64,000 nucleotides of DNA from Candidatus Mesolinea sp. (lineage in GTDB: Bacteria; Chloroflexota; Anaerolineae; Anaerolineales; Anaerolineaceae), in assembly GCA_034430095.1 (NCBI GenBank), contig DAOUFK010000002.1, positions 7,617 through 71,616 on the forward strand, in the 5' to 3' direction. A program made the position numbers and the translations under genes. Of this stretch, positions 1-9,915 are shown one piece after another (positions within the stretch are counted from its first letter, which is position 1; the number at the start of each line of letters is the position of its first letter). The notes under the pieces were generated by a model. The model did not search any database and was not told the origin of the DNA. It saw only the letters and a list, made by a program, of their open reading frames with translations.

Positions 1-38
1 GGCACATCCAGCCGGCTTAGAATATTTTTACTTGAGGA

Positions 39-1004
39 CTAGATATAGCGCCATTCCTGCAGCCCTTCCGGAATCTGGGCAGCAATTTGGGCTGCCACCG
101 CGGCGTTATTGCGCAGCAGTGCTAAGTTGACTTTTAAGCTTTCGCCACCGCTGAGCACGTTCATCTTAGCCAGCAGGTATGGTGTAAGAGCACTACCACG
201 CACACCCTCACCTTCGGCTAACTGCAAGGCTTGCGCAATCAAGGCTTCCATGCGCTCGCGCGGCATGGCACTTTCTGCAGGCGGCGGCATCACCACTAGG
301 ACGCTCGTACTGAACGTGAGCTTCCAATGCGCACGGGCGACTTCTGCCACTTCCTGGGCGCTCTCGGCGCGCAGGGGTACCTTCAGCCCGCTCTGGGCAG
401 AGTAAAACGCCGGAAATTCATCCGTTTGGTAGCCGATGACGGGAATGCCTAGGGTCTCCAGCACCTCAAGCGTGGCGGGCAGGTCCAAAATGGCTTTAGC
501 GCCGGAGCACACCACCACGAGCGGGCTCTTGCGCAGCTGCAGCAGGTCTGCGGAGATATCGTAAGCCTGCGCGCGGTGCACCCCGCCAATCCCGCCGGTA
601 GCAAGCACCTTGATGCCAGCCCGCTCTGCGGCATAGAGCGTGGCAGAGACGGTTGTCCCGCCGTTCCATTTGCGCGCAATCGCTGCGCCCAAGTCGCGCA
701 GGCTGAGCTTGTGCGGGTCACGCGATTCTGCTAAGTTTTCCAGCTGGCTGCTACTCAAGCCCACGCGCAGTTGGCCTTCCTGCACGGCGACTGTAGCCGG
801 GAAGGCGCCGTTGTGCTTCACTGCGTCTTCCATGGCGCGGGCGATGGTGAGGTTTTCCGGCCAAGGGACGCCGTGGGTGATTAGCGCTGATTCCAGCGCC
901 ACCAGCGGCTTGCCGTTACGCTTGGCGCGTTCCACATCATCCGAGATGCGGAAATCCGGTGCCGGTTTTTTACCAAAGTTGAAAAATCCACGTTTATTTT
1001 CCAT
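39..1004 (-). CDS. psuG: pseudouridine-5'-phosphate glycosidase
   Basis: ORF 39-1082. Family motifs are visible along the whole length (PLVALESALITHG, GGTTVSAT, ATGGIGGVHR, DISADL, VVCSGAKAILD, LTPYLL). I moved the start to ATG 1004 (MENKRG...) because the longer ORF runs into the stop of the upstream gene at 1079. Confidence 0.9.
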   Translation of the reverse strand: MENKRGFFNFGKKPAPDFRISDDVERAKRNGKPLVALESALITHGVPWPENLTIARAMEDAVKHNGAFPATVAVQEGQLRVGLSSSQLENLAESRDPHKLSLRDLGAAIARKWNGGTTVSATLYAAERAGIKVLATGGIGGVHRAQAYDISADLLQLRKSPLVVVCSGAKAILDLPATLEVLETLGIPVIGYQTDEFPAFYSAQSGLKVPLRAESAQEVAEVARAHWKLTFSTSVLVVMPPPAESAMPRERMEALIAQALQLAEGEGVRGSALTPYLLAKMNVLSGGESLKVNLALLRNNAAVAAQIAAQIPEGLQEWRYI

Positions 1005-1078
1005 GGGGCTAATTTTACCTGAAAGGAGACAATTTGGAGGACGATTCTCGATTTGCTTCGAAGTTTGCTGCGGGAAGT

Positions 1079-3847
1079 TCAATTGGATGAGTCCGGGAAA
1101 TTGACATTTTCACTCTTGAGCGCCTTTTCCAGCCATTCCTCGAAAGGCTCAGTGAAGACTGCAAAATTTTCGTAGGTGAGCTTTAGGTTTTTATATAATC
1201 TCTGTAGGTGAAAGTGGTTGGGATTAAGTGTGTATTTTAGGATACGATAGGCTTTGAAAAGAAATTCAAGAGCCTGGGTGAAGTCGCCTTGATCATAATA
1301 AAGTATTCCAATATTGTTATAGATCGCGGCGATATCAGGGTGCTCCAGCCCCAACACTTTTTCTTTAATGGCCAGTGCCTTTTGATAATAGTTCAAAGCC
1401 TGGAAGTAATTGCCTTGAATTTTATAGAGTATTCCAATATTATTATAGCTCGTGGCGGTATTAGGATGTTCGAGACCAAACACTTTTTCACGAATGGCCA
1501 ATGCCTTTTGATAATAGTTCAAAGCCTGGGAGTAATTGCCTTGATCATGATAGAGTGCTCCAATATTGTTATAGCTCTCGGCGGTATCAGGATGTTCGAG
1601 ACCTAACACTTTTTCACGAATGGCCAATGCCTTTTGAGAATAGTTCAAAGCCTGGGGGTAATTGCCTTGATCATGATAGAGTATTCCAATATTGTTATAG
1701 CTCGCGGCGGTATCAGGATGTTCGAAACCTAACACTTTTTCGCGAATGGCCAATGCCTTTTGAGAATAGTTCAAAGCCTGGGAGTAATTGCCTTGATCAT
1801 GATAGAGTGCTCCAATGTTGTTATAGCTCTCGGCGGTGTCAGGATGTTCGAGACCTAACACTTTTTCATGTATGGCCAATGCCTTTTGATAATAGTTCAA
1901 AGCTTGGGGGTAATTGCCTTGATTATGATAGAGTACTCCAATATTAGCATAGCTCGCGGCGGTACCTGGGTGTTCCATACCCAACACTTTTTCGCGAATA
2001 GACAGTGCCTTTTGATAATAGTTCAAAGCCTGGGAGTAATTGCCTTGATCATGATAGAGTATTCCAATATTGGCATAGCTCGCGGCGGTATCAGGATGTT
2101 CCGATCCCAACACTTTTTCGCGAATAGCCAATGCCTTTTGATAATAGTTCATAGCCTGAGGGAAGTCGCCTAAATAAAAATGATGGTTATAAGCGGTTTT
2201 ATTAAGTAATAGTGAGAAGTCAGCACTTTCAGGGATAGGTTGGAAAAATTCAATTAAAGAATCAGCATAATTTATACGTTTACCTTTTTCAGTATATGGC
2301 AAATCTCCAGAAATAAATTCTTTTTGGGTGAAAGAATCAATCAGCCCTTGACAATCCTCAAGGGTAGCTCGAGTTTGCAACCTGATAGACTCTTGCAAAA
2401 GCTGATGCATGGTATAGCCAAGTTCATTTTGCTGAAGCCAACCGCGCTCTACTAGCCAAATGAGGTCGTTTATATCGCAAGGCATCCAACTCTTAATGTG
2501 CACTGGGATGGGCGTGCTGTGCGGCAGCACCGAGAAGACACGCAAAACATGCTGCTTCGCTTCATCCAACCCCGCCATTTCGTAGAGCGCTTTTACGTGC
2601 TCCTGCAGAGTTTGGGCACTCGTCGAGTGTTCTGTTGCCAGCCTCACATGAGAGAACGCAAAACCGTGTTCACGCATCCTTTCCCATACATTATTGAGTT
2701 GTTCCCCTTCGGCTTGCGCACTGCGAGCAAGAAGTTCAACTAAATAGGTGTTCCTTCCTACTGAATTGATGATGGTTTGGGCTGTTTCTCTTTGCTCTCG
2801 ATTGGGATCCAACTTGTAATGCAGGTAAAAGATGTCTGTGCAAGATTCTAATGAGAGAGCATTTAGGAGAAAGACCTCCATGCCCTTTATCTCTGGTAAC
2901 CTGGAAGTGATCAATATCCTAACACTAGGCGAAAAGGCGGCGATAGCTTGCAAGTCTGTATGGTTGGGGATGTCATTGACGTTATCAAGAACGATAAGCA
3001 CATTCTTCTCAGTGGTGTTCAGGAACTCTTTAATTTGAAACAAACGATTTTGCGGGTCGGGGTTTTGCTCCAGTATCCTCAAGGTGAGCAACTGGTTTTC
3101 TAAACTGCCATCATAAGTCAGCCAGGCGAGGTGATCAAACTGGTCTTCTAGGGAATGACAAACTGCTCGGGCGAGTTTTGTTTTACCCAAACCCGCTGAG
3201 CTGCTGATCATCACAATTCTCTGACCGTTCAATAACCTTTGGACAAGCTCATTAGTTTCTTCTTCCCGATGCAAAATGCTTTCGGGTGTAAACAGCTCGA
3301 TGGGCGTGAGATATTTGGGATAATTGACCGGAGCCGCGCTCACATTTTGTAACTCCCTAATTTTGTCCAAAATGAGGTGAGTATTAACGTTAGTATCTAA
3401 GATAAGTAGATTAGAATCTTTTTGAATTCCAGAATTAATGTTGAGAAGAAGCTTTTTAAGGATTTCGTCAGTATTTAATAAAGTCCAGTCTTGATTTTTT
3501 GTGGGTTCAAGCTGATTAAGCGCATCGAGAAAATTTTTGCGGAAAAGGTCATAAGCATTATCCGTTAAATATTCTTGCATATTATCAATGGAAAATATTA
3601 TTTCTTTAAACTTAATGATTTGCTGCTTATTGAAATATGGCTTGAGCGTTTCGTCTAAAGATTTTTGAATAAGCCGATCAAAGCCCTTGATGACGTTTGG
3701 CTTCTTAGTCGTATTAAAGCTCGAAATGATATCTCCGGCTATTCCTGGAAGGATATTAATAAGTCCAGACGGATTTGAAGCAAGATACGCATAAAGACCT
3801 AGCTCAAGTAGTGCTCCAACTATATTTGAATAATCAATGCTCAACAT
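1079..3847 (-). CDS. STAND-class NTPase: unknown N-terminal domain (~190 aa) + NB-ARC-like P-loop ATPase + about 8 TPR (42-aa, TPR_12-type) repeats
   Basis: Walker A is SSSAGLGKTKLA (aa 215-226), Walker B is VLIVLDNV, and an RILITSR motif follows. The C-terminal half is built of units of the form ALNYYQKALAIREKVLGxEHPDTAxSYNNIGxLYxxQGNY. The gene is visibly more AT-rich than its flanks. Confidence 0.85.
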   Translation of the reverse strand: MLSIDYSNIVGALLELGLYAYLASNPSGLINILPGIAGDIISSFNTTKKPNVIKGFDRLIQKSLDETLKPYFNKQQIIKFKEIIFSIDNMQEYLTDNAYDLFRKNFLDALNQLEPTKNQDWTLLNTDEILKKLLLNINSGIQKDSNLLILDTNVNTHLILDKIRELQNVSAAPVNYPKYLTPIELFTPESILHREEETNELVQRLLNGQRIVMISSSAGLGKTKLARAVCHSLEDQFDHLAWLTYDGSLENQLLTLRILEQNPDPQNRLFQIKEFLNTTEKNVLIVLDNVNDIPNHTDLQAIAAFSPSVRILITSRLPEIKGMEVFLLNALSLESCTDIFYLHYKLDPNREQRETAQTIINSVGRNTYLVELLARSAQAEGEQLNNVWERMREHGFAFSHVRLATEHSTSAQTLQEHVKALYEMAGLDEAKQHVLRVFSVLPHSTPIPVHIKSWMPCDINDLIWLVERGWLQQNELGYTMHQLLQESIRLQTRATLEDCQGLIDSFTQKEFISGDLPYTEKGKRINYADSLIEFFQPIPESADFSLLLNKTAYNHHFYLGDFPQAMNYYQKALAIREKVLGSEHPDTAASYANIGILYHDQGNYSQALNYYQKALSIREKVLGMEHPGTAASYANIGVLYHNQGNYPQALNYYQKALAIHEKVLGLEHPDTAESYNNIGALYHDQGNYSQALNYSQKALAIREKVLGFEHPDTAASYNNIGILYHDQGNYPQALNYSQKALAIREKVLGLEHPDTAESYNNIGALYHDQGNYSQALNYYQKALAIREKVFGLEHPNTATSYNNIGILYKIQGNYFQALNYYQKALAIKEKVLGLEHPDIAAIYNNIGILYYDQGDFTQALEFLFKAYRILKYTLNPNHFHLQRLYKNLKLTYENFAVFTEPFEEWLEKALKSENVNFPDSSN
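1244..2176. repeat. tandem 126-bp coding repeats (TPR units) with high nucleotide identity
   Basis: The unit start ggcca(a/g)tgcc recurs at 1370, 1496, 1622, 1748, 1874, 2000 and 2126, an exact 126-nt period. Degenerate units sit at both ends. Confidence 0.85.
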
Positions 3848-4022
3848 CCTAAGGCCTCCCTGACTTACCTGAGGTTTGCTAAGTCCAACAAAACAAATTA
3901 TACATTTTAAAACGATTTATTTCACTTTTTCTTCCAGGTTAAAATTCGCATCTTTAGCACATTCTTCCTGTTCTTACCGGTTACAATAAAGCCACACAAG
4001 CACAGATACGAGGACTATTCGC

Positions 4023-5747
4023 ATGGAGATTATTAATCACACCCCCGTCACAAAGCGTTGGAACGTCGCCGCGCCTATCCCCCCAGAAATCAATCAGGAG
4101 TTGGCGGATTTCCCGCCTTTGCTGCGGCAGCTGCTCTACAACCGCGGCGTGAGGGATGCCGAAACAGCGCAGGCTTTCCTCTCTGCCAGCGCGCCAGAGG
4201 CAACAGACCCGTTCCTCATCCGCGATATGTCCCAAGCTGTAGAGCTGCTGCATGCCGCTATTACAGAAGGCACTCCCATTGCCATTTATGGCGACTACGA
4301 CGTGGACGGCGTAACCTCGACTGTGTTGCTCTACGAGCTGCTCCAGAAGCTGGGCGCAAGCCCGCGCATTTACATCCCCAACCGCTTTGATGAGGGTTAC
4401 GGACTCAACCTGGACGCTGTCGAGCAGCTTGCGAATGAGGGCATCGGATTGATCATCACAGTCGACTGTGGCATCCGCTCGGTGGAGGAAATAGCCTTAG
4501 CGCGCCGCTTGGGCATGCGGGTGATCCTCACCGACCACCACCAACCGGGCGAGGTACTCCCGCCGGCAGATGCGATCCTCAATGTACACCAGCCTGGTGA
4601 TAGTTATCCTTTCAAAGACCTGGTAGGCGTGGGATTAGCTTATAAGCTTGCTGCCGCCTACTTGACAGCTTACCCCCAGCCAGGTGTGAGCGCTGAGGAT
4701 TGGCTCGACTTGGTGGCATTGGGTACGGTGGCAGATATGGCACCGCTCGCCGGCGAGAACCGAGCGCTTGTGCGCGCAGGTATCCAAACGATGAGCAAAT
4801 TAGGGCGGCAGGGGTTATATTCTCTCGCGCAGGTTTCGGGCGTTAACCTGGAGCAACTGAATGCGAGCCATATTGGCTTTCGCTTAGCGCCACGCCTCAA
4901 CGCGGCTGGTAGGTTGGATTCTGCTATGTCGGCTTTCCACCTGCTCTCCGCGCAGGATGCACTTACTGCCGGAGAGCTCGCTCTGCAACTCGACTCGCAA
5001 AACAGAGAACGGCAGGAGATCATGGCTCGCATCCAGGAAAGCGTGCTGCAAAATGTCCTCCAAGCCGAGGTGCAGCCCCTGATTGTATTTGACGCCTCAC
5101 CGGAATATAACGAAGGCGTGGTTGGGCTGGCGGCTTCACGCATCGCCGAGGCGCTCTACCGACCCAGCATCATCGGACACCGAGGAGAAGAGATGGTGGT
5201 CGCTTCTTGCCGCTCGATCGCTGGGTTCAACATTACTCAGGCGCTGGATGCTTGTGCCGATTTACTCGTGCGCTATGGCGGGCATTCCATGGCAGCTGGT
5301 CTGACGGTTACCAACGAAAACCTGCCTGAGCTGCTGCGCCGGCTTAATAGTTTAGCAGAGCAGAGCCTACAAGGGCTCGAGCTAGCGCCGGTGCTTGCGA
5401 TAGACAAAGAGATTGCAATAGATAGCTTACCTGCAGCAGAAATCCCACGGATCTTTGAGATGGTCAGCTTGCTAGAACCAACCGGGCGCGGAAACCCGGA
5501 GGCGCTCTTCTGCAGCCGTAATTTACAAGTGAATAGGGTTTACCCCGTAGGCAATGGTCAACATCTTCGGCTTGTGCTGAATGCGGGTCGCGTGCGCTAT
5601 GAAGCCATTGCATTCGGCCAGGGGCACTGGAACGGGCAATTACCGGGGATGGTTGATATCGCCTATTCCTTTGAGATCAATAAATATCAGGGACGGGAAA
5701 GCTTGCAGCTGAATATCAAGGATATCAAGCCTTCGGAAGGGATTTAG
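4023..5747 (+). CDS. recJ: single-stranded-DNA-specific exonuclease RecJ
   Basis: 574-aa ORF with DHH-family motifs (IAIYGDYDVDGVTS, ITVDCG, LTDHHQPG, GTVADMAPL, GGHSMAAG). Confidence 0.9.
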   Translation: MEIINHTPVTKRWNVAAPIPPEINQELADFPPLLRQLLYNRGVRDAETAQAFLSASAPEATDPFLIRDMSQAVELLHAAITEGTPIAIYGDYDVDGVTSTVLLYELLQKLGASPRIYIPNRFDEGYGLNLDAVEQLANEGIGLIITVDCGIRSVEEIALARRLGMRVILTDHHQPGEVLPPADAILNVHQPGDSYPFKDLVGVGLAYKLAAAYLTAYPQPGVSAEDWLDLVALGTVADMAPLAGENRALVRAGIQTMSKLGRQGLYSLAQVSGVNLEQLNASHIGFRLAPRLNAAGRLDSAMSAFHLLSAQDALTAGELALQLDSQNRERQEIMARIQESVLQNVLQAEVQPLIVFDASPEYNEGVVGLAASRIAEALYRPSIIGHRGEEMVVASCRSIAGFNITQALDACADLLVRYGGHSMAAGLTVTNENLPELLRRLNSLAEQSLQGLELAPVLAIDKEIAIDSLPAAEIPRIFEMVSLLEPTGRGNPEALFCSRNLQVNRVYPVGNGQHLRLVLNAGRVRYEAIAFGQGHWNGQLPGMVDIAYSFEINKYQGRESLQLNIKDIKPSEGI

Positions 5748-5770
5748 CTGGGGAGTTGGAGATAAAAAAG

Positions 5771-5843
5771 TGCCCCCAAAGGAATTCGAATCCTTGTTTT
5801 GGCCTTGAGAGGGCCACGTCCTAGGCCGCTAGACGATGGGGGC
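5771..5843 (-). tRNA. tRNA-Glu (anticodon CTC)
   Basis: The reverse complement reads GCCCCCATCGTCTAGCGGCCTAGGACGTGGCCCTCTCAAGGCCAAAACAAGGATTCGAATTCCTTTGGGGGCA. It folds as a cloverleaf with a 7-bp acceptor stem, anticodon loop CTCTCAA and T-loop TTCGAAT. CCA is not encoded. Confidence 0.9.
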
Positions 5844-6212
5844 AAATGGTTCCTATTATCTGCTTGAGCGAAAACATAATATCATACGGCTGTCGCCTCG
5901 TCAATCCAAACTTGTGCGGGAGTTGTGCGGGGGTGTTGAAAAAATCAAACTGACTGGCAAAATGAGTGAGTGATGGCAACCGCCACCATTAATCGAGTAA
6001 TATTATAGCTCTAACCCTGACCCGTCTCAGCGATAATTAATGTGAATTATGATATAAAATTGTCCGCTGGGAAGGGGAGCTAGAGGGGAAAGGCTGACAA
6101 CACCCTGTTAATCCAGTTGTTTTTAGTTCGTTGCAATTGAACTTACATGAAGTAAGTTATTTCTTTAATCCTATTTCAACCCTCTCACTGGTAATAGAGA
6201 TGAATGACCTAC

Positions 6213-6848
6213 TCACATAGAAGAATTTTCGCCTCGCTGTGGCGTGCGCAGCAGTCCCCACACTTGAGGAGCGGATGGGAAGGGCTTTTCACTTCCGACG
6301 ATGCTGAAACCTAACGATTGGTAAAAACCAAGGTTAGCTGGGTTATGAGTCTCCAAGTAACTTGGCACTTGCAATTCATCCGCACGGGAGATGCCGGCTT
6401 GAACCAGCGCTCGACCAAGACCTTTGCCTTGATGTGATGGTTCTACCCCAACAGCTTCTAAGTAAAAATGAGGAGTGGAGACGGCTTGACGATGCAACTG
6501 ATTGGAAACTTGTGCCAACATGATGCTACGTTTGAGCTCAAGATGGGACACTTTAAAGGGGAAAAGAAATAAACCAGCCCGTAAAACCCCGAGCGGAAGG
6601 AGCCCGGTATGCTTTGGATCTAACCAAATTGATATGCCATGATATTCTGAATCTGCAAAAACCAAACCATAATGGTTAGCATAACTGAGGAGTTTGTTAA
6701 ATAACCAGGGCAGCAGACGAGTCCGTCGCTCTGCATCCGGAAATACAAAGGTGTAGAAAGGATCGTCCGCAAACGCAGAAGATAGAATCTCAGCGAAACG
6801 CGGTCTCCTAAAGCGATGACCAGAAAGGATTTCGATTGAGGCAGCCAT
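6213..6848 (-). CDS. GNAT-family N-acetyltransferase
   Basis: The ORF contains an acetyl-CoA-binding motif (VGVEPSHQGKGLGRALV) and a C-terminal YQSLGF motif. I chose the start at ATG 6848 (MAASIEIL); the longer ORF would overlap the divergent promoter region and the start of the next gene. Confidence 0.75.
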   Translation of the reverse strand: MAASIEILSGHRFRRPRFAEILSSAFADDPFYTFVFPDAERRTRLLPWLFNKLLSYANHYGLVFADSEYHGISIWLDPKHTGLLPLGVLRAGLFLFPFKVSHLELKRSIMLAQVSNQLHRQAVSTPHFYLEAVGVEPSHQGKGLGRALVQAGISRADELQVPSYLETHNPANLGFYQSLGFSIVGSEKPFPSAPQVWGLLRTPQRGENSSM

Positions 6849-6953
6849 TTTACTTTTAGGAATTGTTAGACAATCCAATTTATTTGTCAATAGTTTACAC
6901 CTGAAAGTAAATTGATCCTCTACTATAATCACTGTAAAAAAAGGAGTTAAATT

Positions 6954-7928
6954 ATGGAGTATAGACATTTAGGAAAAGCTGGGATTAAAGTTTCGGAGCT
7001 TTCGATTGGCTCCTGGGTTACTTACGGCAAACAGGTTGACGTCGCCTCTGCAAAGGAAATCCTAACGGCTGCTTGGGAAGCCGGCGTAAATTTCTTCGAT
7101 AATGCTGAGGCTTATGCCCGCGGTGAATCAGAAGTTATTATGGGCAAGGCGCTCAAGGAATTGGGCTTGCCGCGGGAGCAATATTTGGTCTCCACTAAAA
7201 TCTTCTGGGGCGGCTCGGGACCTAATGATACAGGCTTAAATTACAAACACCTCATCGAAGGGGTCAATAACTCCCTAAAACGCTTCGGTCTGGAGTACGT
7301 TGACTTTGTATTTGCCCACCGCCCGGACCCAGAAACCCCTATGGAAGAGGTGGTATGGGGCTTCAATCAGATCATACAGGAGGGCAAAGCCTTTTATTGG
7401 GGCACTTCGGAATGGTCTGCCGCAGAAATTATGTTAGCTTATCAGGTGGCACGCGAAAATCACTTGCGTCCGCCTTCTATGGAGCAGCCCCAATACAACT
7501 TGCTGCACCGTCGGCGCTTTGAAGAAGAGTACGCCATCCTTTATAAGGAATTAGGCTATGGCACCACCGTTTGGAGCCCGCTGGCAGGCGGTCTGCTCAC
7601 CGGTAAATATAACGACGGCAAAGTTCCGGAAGGCAGCCGCGCAACCTTACCTGGCTTCGAGTGGGTAAAAACTGAAATTCTGAACCCGGAAAAGCTGAAG
7701 GTAACCCGTAAGTTAGCTGTCATTGCCGAAGACTTAGGCGTCAGCATGGCGCAGATGTCTTTGGCTTGGATCCTCAAGAATCCCAATGTCTCCACGGTGA
7801 TTACCGGCGCCAGCCGTGTGGAGCAGGTGCGCGAAAACATGAAAGCGATCGACGTGGTGCATAAACTGGATGCTGAAGTGATGGCACGCATCGAGGCTGT
7901 TTTGGCGGACTATCACGAAGAGTGTTAA
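6954..7928 (+). CDS. aldo/keto reductase (Kv-beta-like subfamily)
   Basis: 324-aa ORF beginning [21 protein letters not shown]. It also shows [19 protein letters not shown] and GTSEWSA motifs typical of the AKR superfamily. Confidence 0.85.
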   Translation: MEYRHLGKAGIKVSELSIGSWVTYGKQVDVASAKEILTAAWEAGVNFFDNAEAYARGESEVIMGKALKELGLPREQYLVSTKIFWGGSGPNDTGLNYKHLIEGVNNSLKRFGLEYVDFVFAHRPDPETPMEEVVWGFNQIIQEGKAFYWGTSEWSAAEIMLAYQVARENHLRPPSMEQPQYNLLHRRRFEEEYAILYKELGYGTTVWSPLAGGLLTGKYNDGKVPEGSRATLPGFEWVKTEILNPEKLKVTRKLAVIAEDLGVSMAQMSLAWILKNPNVSTVITGASRVEQVRENMKAIDVVHKLDAEVMARIEAVLADYHEEC

Positions 7929-7938
7929 GTCGTTAGAA

Positions 7939-7979
7939 ATAACGAATAAAGCGCGGTTAACCCGCGCTTTATTCGTTAT
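7939..7979. terminator. bidirectional hairpin between convergent genes
   Basis: An 18-bp perfect stem (ataacgaataaagcgcgg / ccgcgctttattcgttat) with a 5-nt loop lies between the stops at 7928 (+) and 7992 (-). Confidence 0.6.
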
Positions 7980-7991
7980 CATTGAAGTCTC

Positions 7992-9362
7992 TTATTCGGC
8001 TTTATCTACGCCCTTCATAGATTTATCTTTCTCCTCCAGCGCTTTGGCTTGTGCCTCCCGCCAACGCCGGACGCGCTCCGCGACTTGGGCTTCATAGCCC
8101 TGCTCGCCAGGATGGTAAAACTGGGTGCCCACCACGCCGTCCGGCAGGTATTGCTGCGGTGTCCAATGCTCCGGGTGGCTGTGAGGGTAATCATAGCCGG
8201 CGCCATGCCCAAAGCCCTTTGCATCCCGGCTGGGGTCCATGAGGTGCAGGGGCACCGGTCCAGCGCCTTCCGCTTCAATTTTATCTTGCGCTGCAAAATA
8301 GGCACTTGCGGAGTTAGACTTGGGCGCTGTGGCGAGGTAAAGCGTGGCTTCTACGATGGGGTAAATGCCTTCGGGCATGCCAATGTATTCAAAAGCCTGG
8401 GCAGCGGCATTGGCAACCACCAAGCCTTGCGGGTCGGCTAAGCCAATATCCTCGCCCGCAAGAATAATTAACCGCCTTAAGATGAAGCGTGGGTCCTCAC
8501 CAGCCAAAAGCATTTTCGCCAACCAATAAAGGGCAGCATCCGGGTCGGAGCCGCGCACGGACTTAATAAAAGCGGAAATGGTGTCGTAATGGGCATCCTC
8601 GTTTTTATCGTACCGCAGGACGCGCTTTTGAATAGACTCGGCGGCAATCTCCAGAGTGATATGCACTTTGCCATCTCTGGGTGGCGTGGTTTCCACAGCC
8701 AGCTCGAGGGCGTTGAGGGCGCTGCGTGCATCACCACCCGCCATGGAAGCTAAATGCTGCAGAGCGTCGGCATACACGAGCACGTTGCGCTTGCCATATC
8801 CGCGCTCTGGGTCTGCCAAGGCGCGCTTGAGCAAGGTGAGGATGTCTTCTTCTGAAAGCGGTTTGAGCTCGAAGATGCGCGAACGGCTGACCAGGGCTTG
8901 GATGACGTCGAAATAAGGGTTTTGGGTAGTGGCGCCGATGAGGGTGAGCAGACCAGTTTCCACGTGTGGCAGGAGGGCATCTTGTTGAGCTTTATTCCAA
9001 CGGTGCACCTCGTCGATGAAAAGGATCGTACGCCGGCGGTAAAGGCGGCGCCGTTCGATGGCGTCTTTGATGATCTCGCGCAGGTCTGGGATGCCCGCCA
9101 GCACGGCGCTGAGGCTGACGAACTCGGCTTGGGTTTGATTTGCGATCACGCGGGCGATCGTGGTTTTGCCCGTGCCAGGTGGTCCATAAAAGATAATGGA
9201 GGAGAACAGGCGGTCCGCTTCGATGGCGCGGCGCAACAAAGTGCCTGGACCTAAGATGTGCTCCTGTCCGACGATTTCATCCAGCGTTCTAGGGCGCATG
9301 CGTGCCGCTAAGGGTGCCTCAGCGCTCAATTGCTCCTGCAGGGAATGGTCAAACAAATCCAT
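7992..9362 (-). CDS. rarA: replication-associated recombination protein A (AAA+ ATPase)
   Basis: 456-aa ORF with Walker A GPPGTGKTT, Walker B ILFIDEVHR and the MgsA C-terminal motifs (HYDTISAFIKSVRGSDPDAALYWLAKML, IGLADP). Confidence 0.9.
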   Translation of the reverse strand: MDLFDHSLQEQLSAEAPLAARMRPRTLDEIVGQEHILGPGTLLRRAIEADRLFSSIIFYGPPGTGKTTIARVIANQTQAEFVSLSAVLAGIPDLREIIKDAIERRRLYRRRTILFIDEVHRWNKAQQDALLPHVETGLLTLIGATTQNPYFDVIQALVSRSRIFELKPLSEEDILTLLKRALADPERGYGKRNVLVYADALQHLASMAGGDARSALNALELAVETTPPRDGKVHITLEIAAESIQKRVLRYDKNEDAHYDTISAFIKSVRGSDPDAALYWLAKMLLAGEDPRFILRRLIILAGEDIGLADPQGLVVANAAAQAFEYIGMPEGIYPIVEATLYLATAPKSNSASAYFAAQDKIEAEGAGPVPLHLMDPSRDAKGFGHGAGYDYPHSHPEHWTPQQYLPDGVVGTQFYHPGEQGYEAQVAERVRRWREAQAKALEEKDKSMKGVDKAE

Positions 9363-9449
9363 CTATAAATTTTACTACTTATGCGGAATTTATTAAACGG
9401 AAAACTAAATAGAAAAAATGAACAGGTATATCAATAAATACTTATCTAG

Positions 9450-9899
9450 TTAGTCAGTGCGATCAGGAAGATCAAAAAGATCAATTAATTGTTGTGGGGT
9501 CTCTATCTTTTTTACTTTTTCCAGCAAGTCTTCCTGGCTTAATATTTCAGCTATTTTTGAAAGCAATTCAATATGCGCATTTGCGTTGGGGGTGCAAAAA
9601 GCCAGTACTAAGTGAACGGGATCATTATCTTGATTCCCAAAGTTTACCGGTTTACATAACAATACAGCAGCAATACCAACGTCAAGAGCCCCTTCTTCTG
9701 GTCTAGCATGAGGAATAGCCACTCCGGGGGTCATAACAATATAGGGCCCGAGCTCATTAGCTAGATTAATCATTCCATCTATGTATGAAGGGGTAGCTTT
9801 ATGGTTATTAACTAAGATATTACCAGCAGTACGTACAGCATCTTCCCATGAATCTACTTCAATATTAATTAAAATCATTTCAGGCGATAGTATTTTCAT
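9450..9899 (-). CDS. PTS sugar transporter subunit IIA (EIIA-2, mannitol/fructose/ascorbate type)
   Basis: 149-aa ORF containing the phosphorylation-site context GVAIPHARPE. Confidence 0.8.
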   Translation of the reverse strand: MKILSPEMILINIEVDSWEDAVRTAGNILVNNHKATPSYIDGMINLANELGPYIVMTPGVAIPHARPEEGALDVGIAAVLLCKPVNFGNQDNDPVHLVLAFCTPNANAHIELLSKIAEILSQEDLLEKVKKIETPQQLIDLFDLPDRTD

Positions 9900-9915
9900 C
9901 TCACTAGTCCATTAG

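Noticed and set aside
1289-2173. Three plus-strand ORFs (105, 148 and 101 aa) with internally repetitive translations
   Set aside because: They are antisense read-throughs of the 126-bp TPR coding repeats of the minus-strand STAND gene. Their periodicity simply mirrors the repeat. They have no SD and no recognisable domains.
1244-2176. Regular direct repeats that could be mistaken for a CRISPR array
   Set aside because: The period is 126 nt with no unique spacers. The repeats are contiguous and lie in-frame inside a long ORF encoding TPR units. No cas genes are present in the window.
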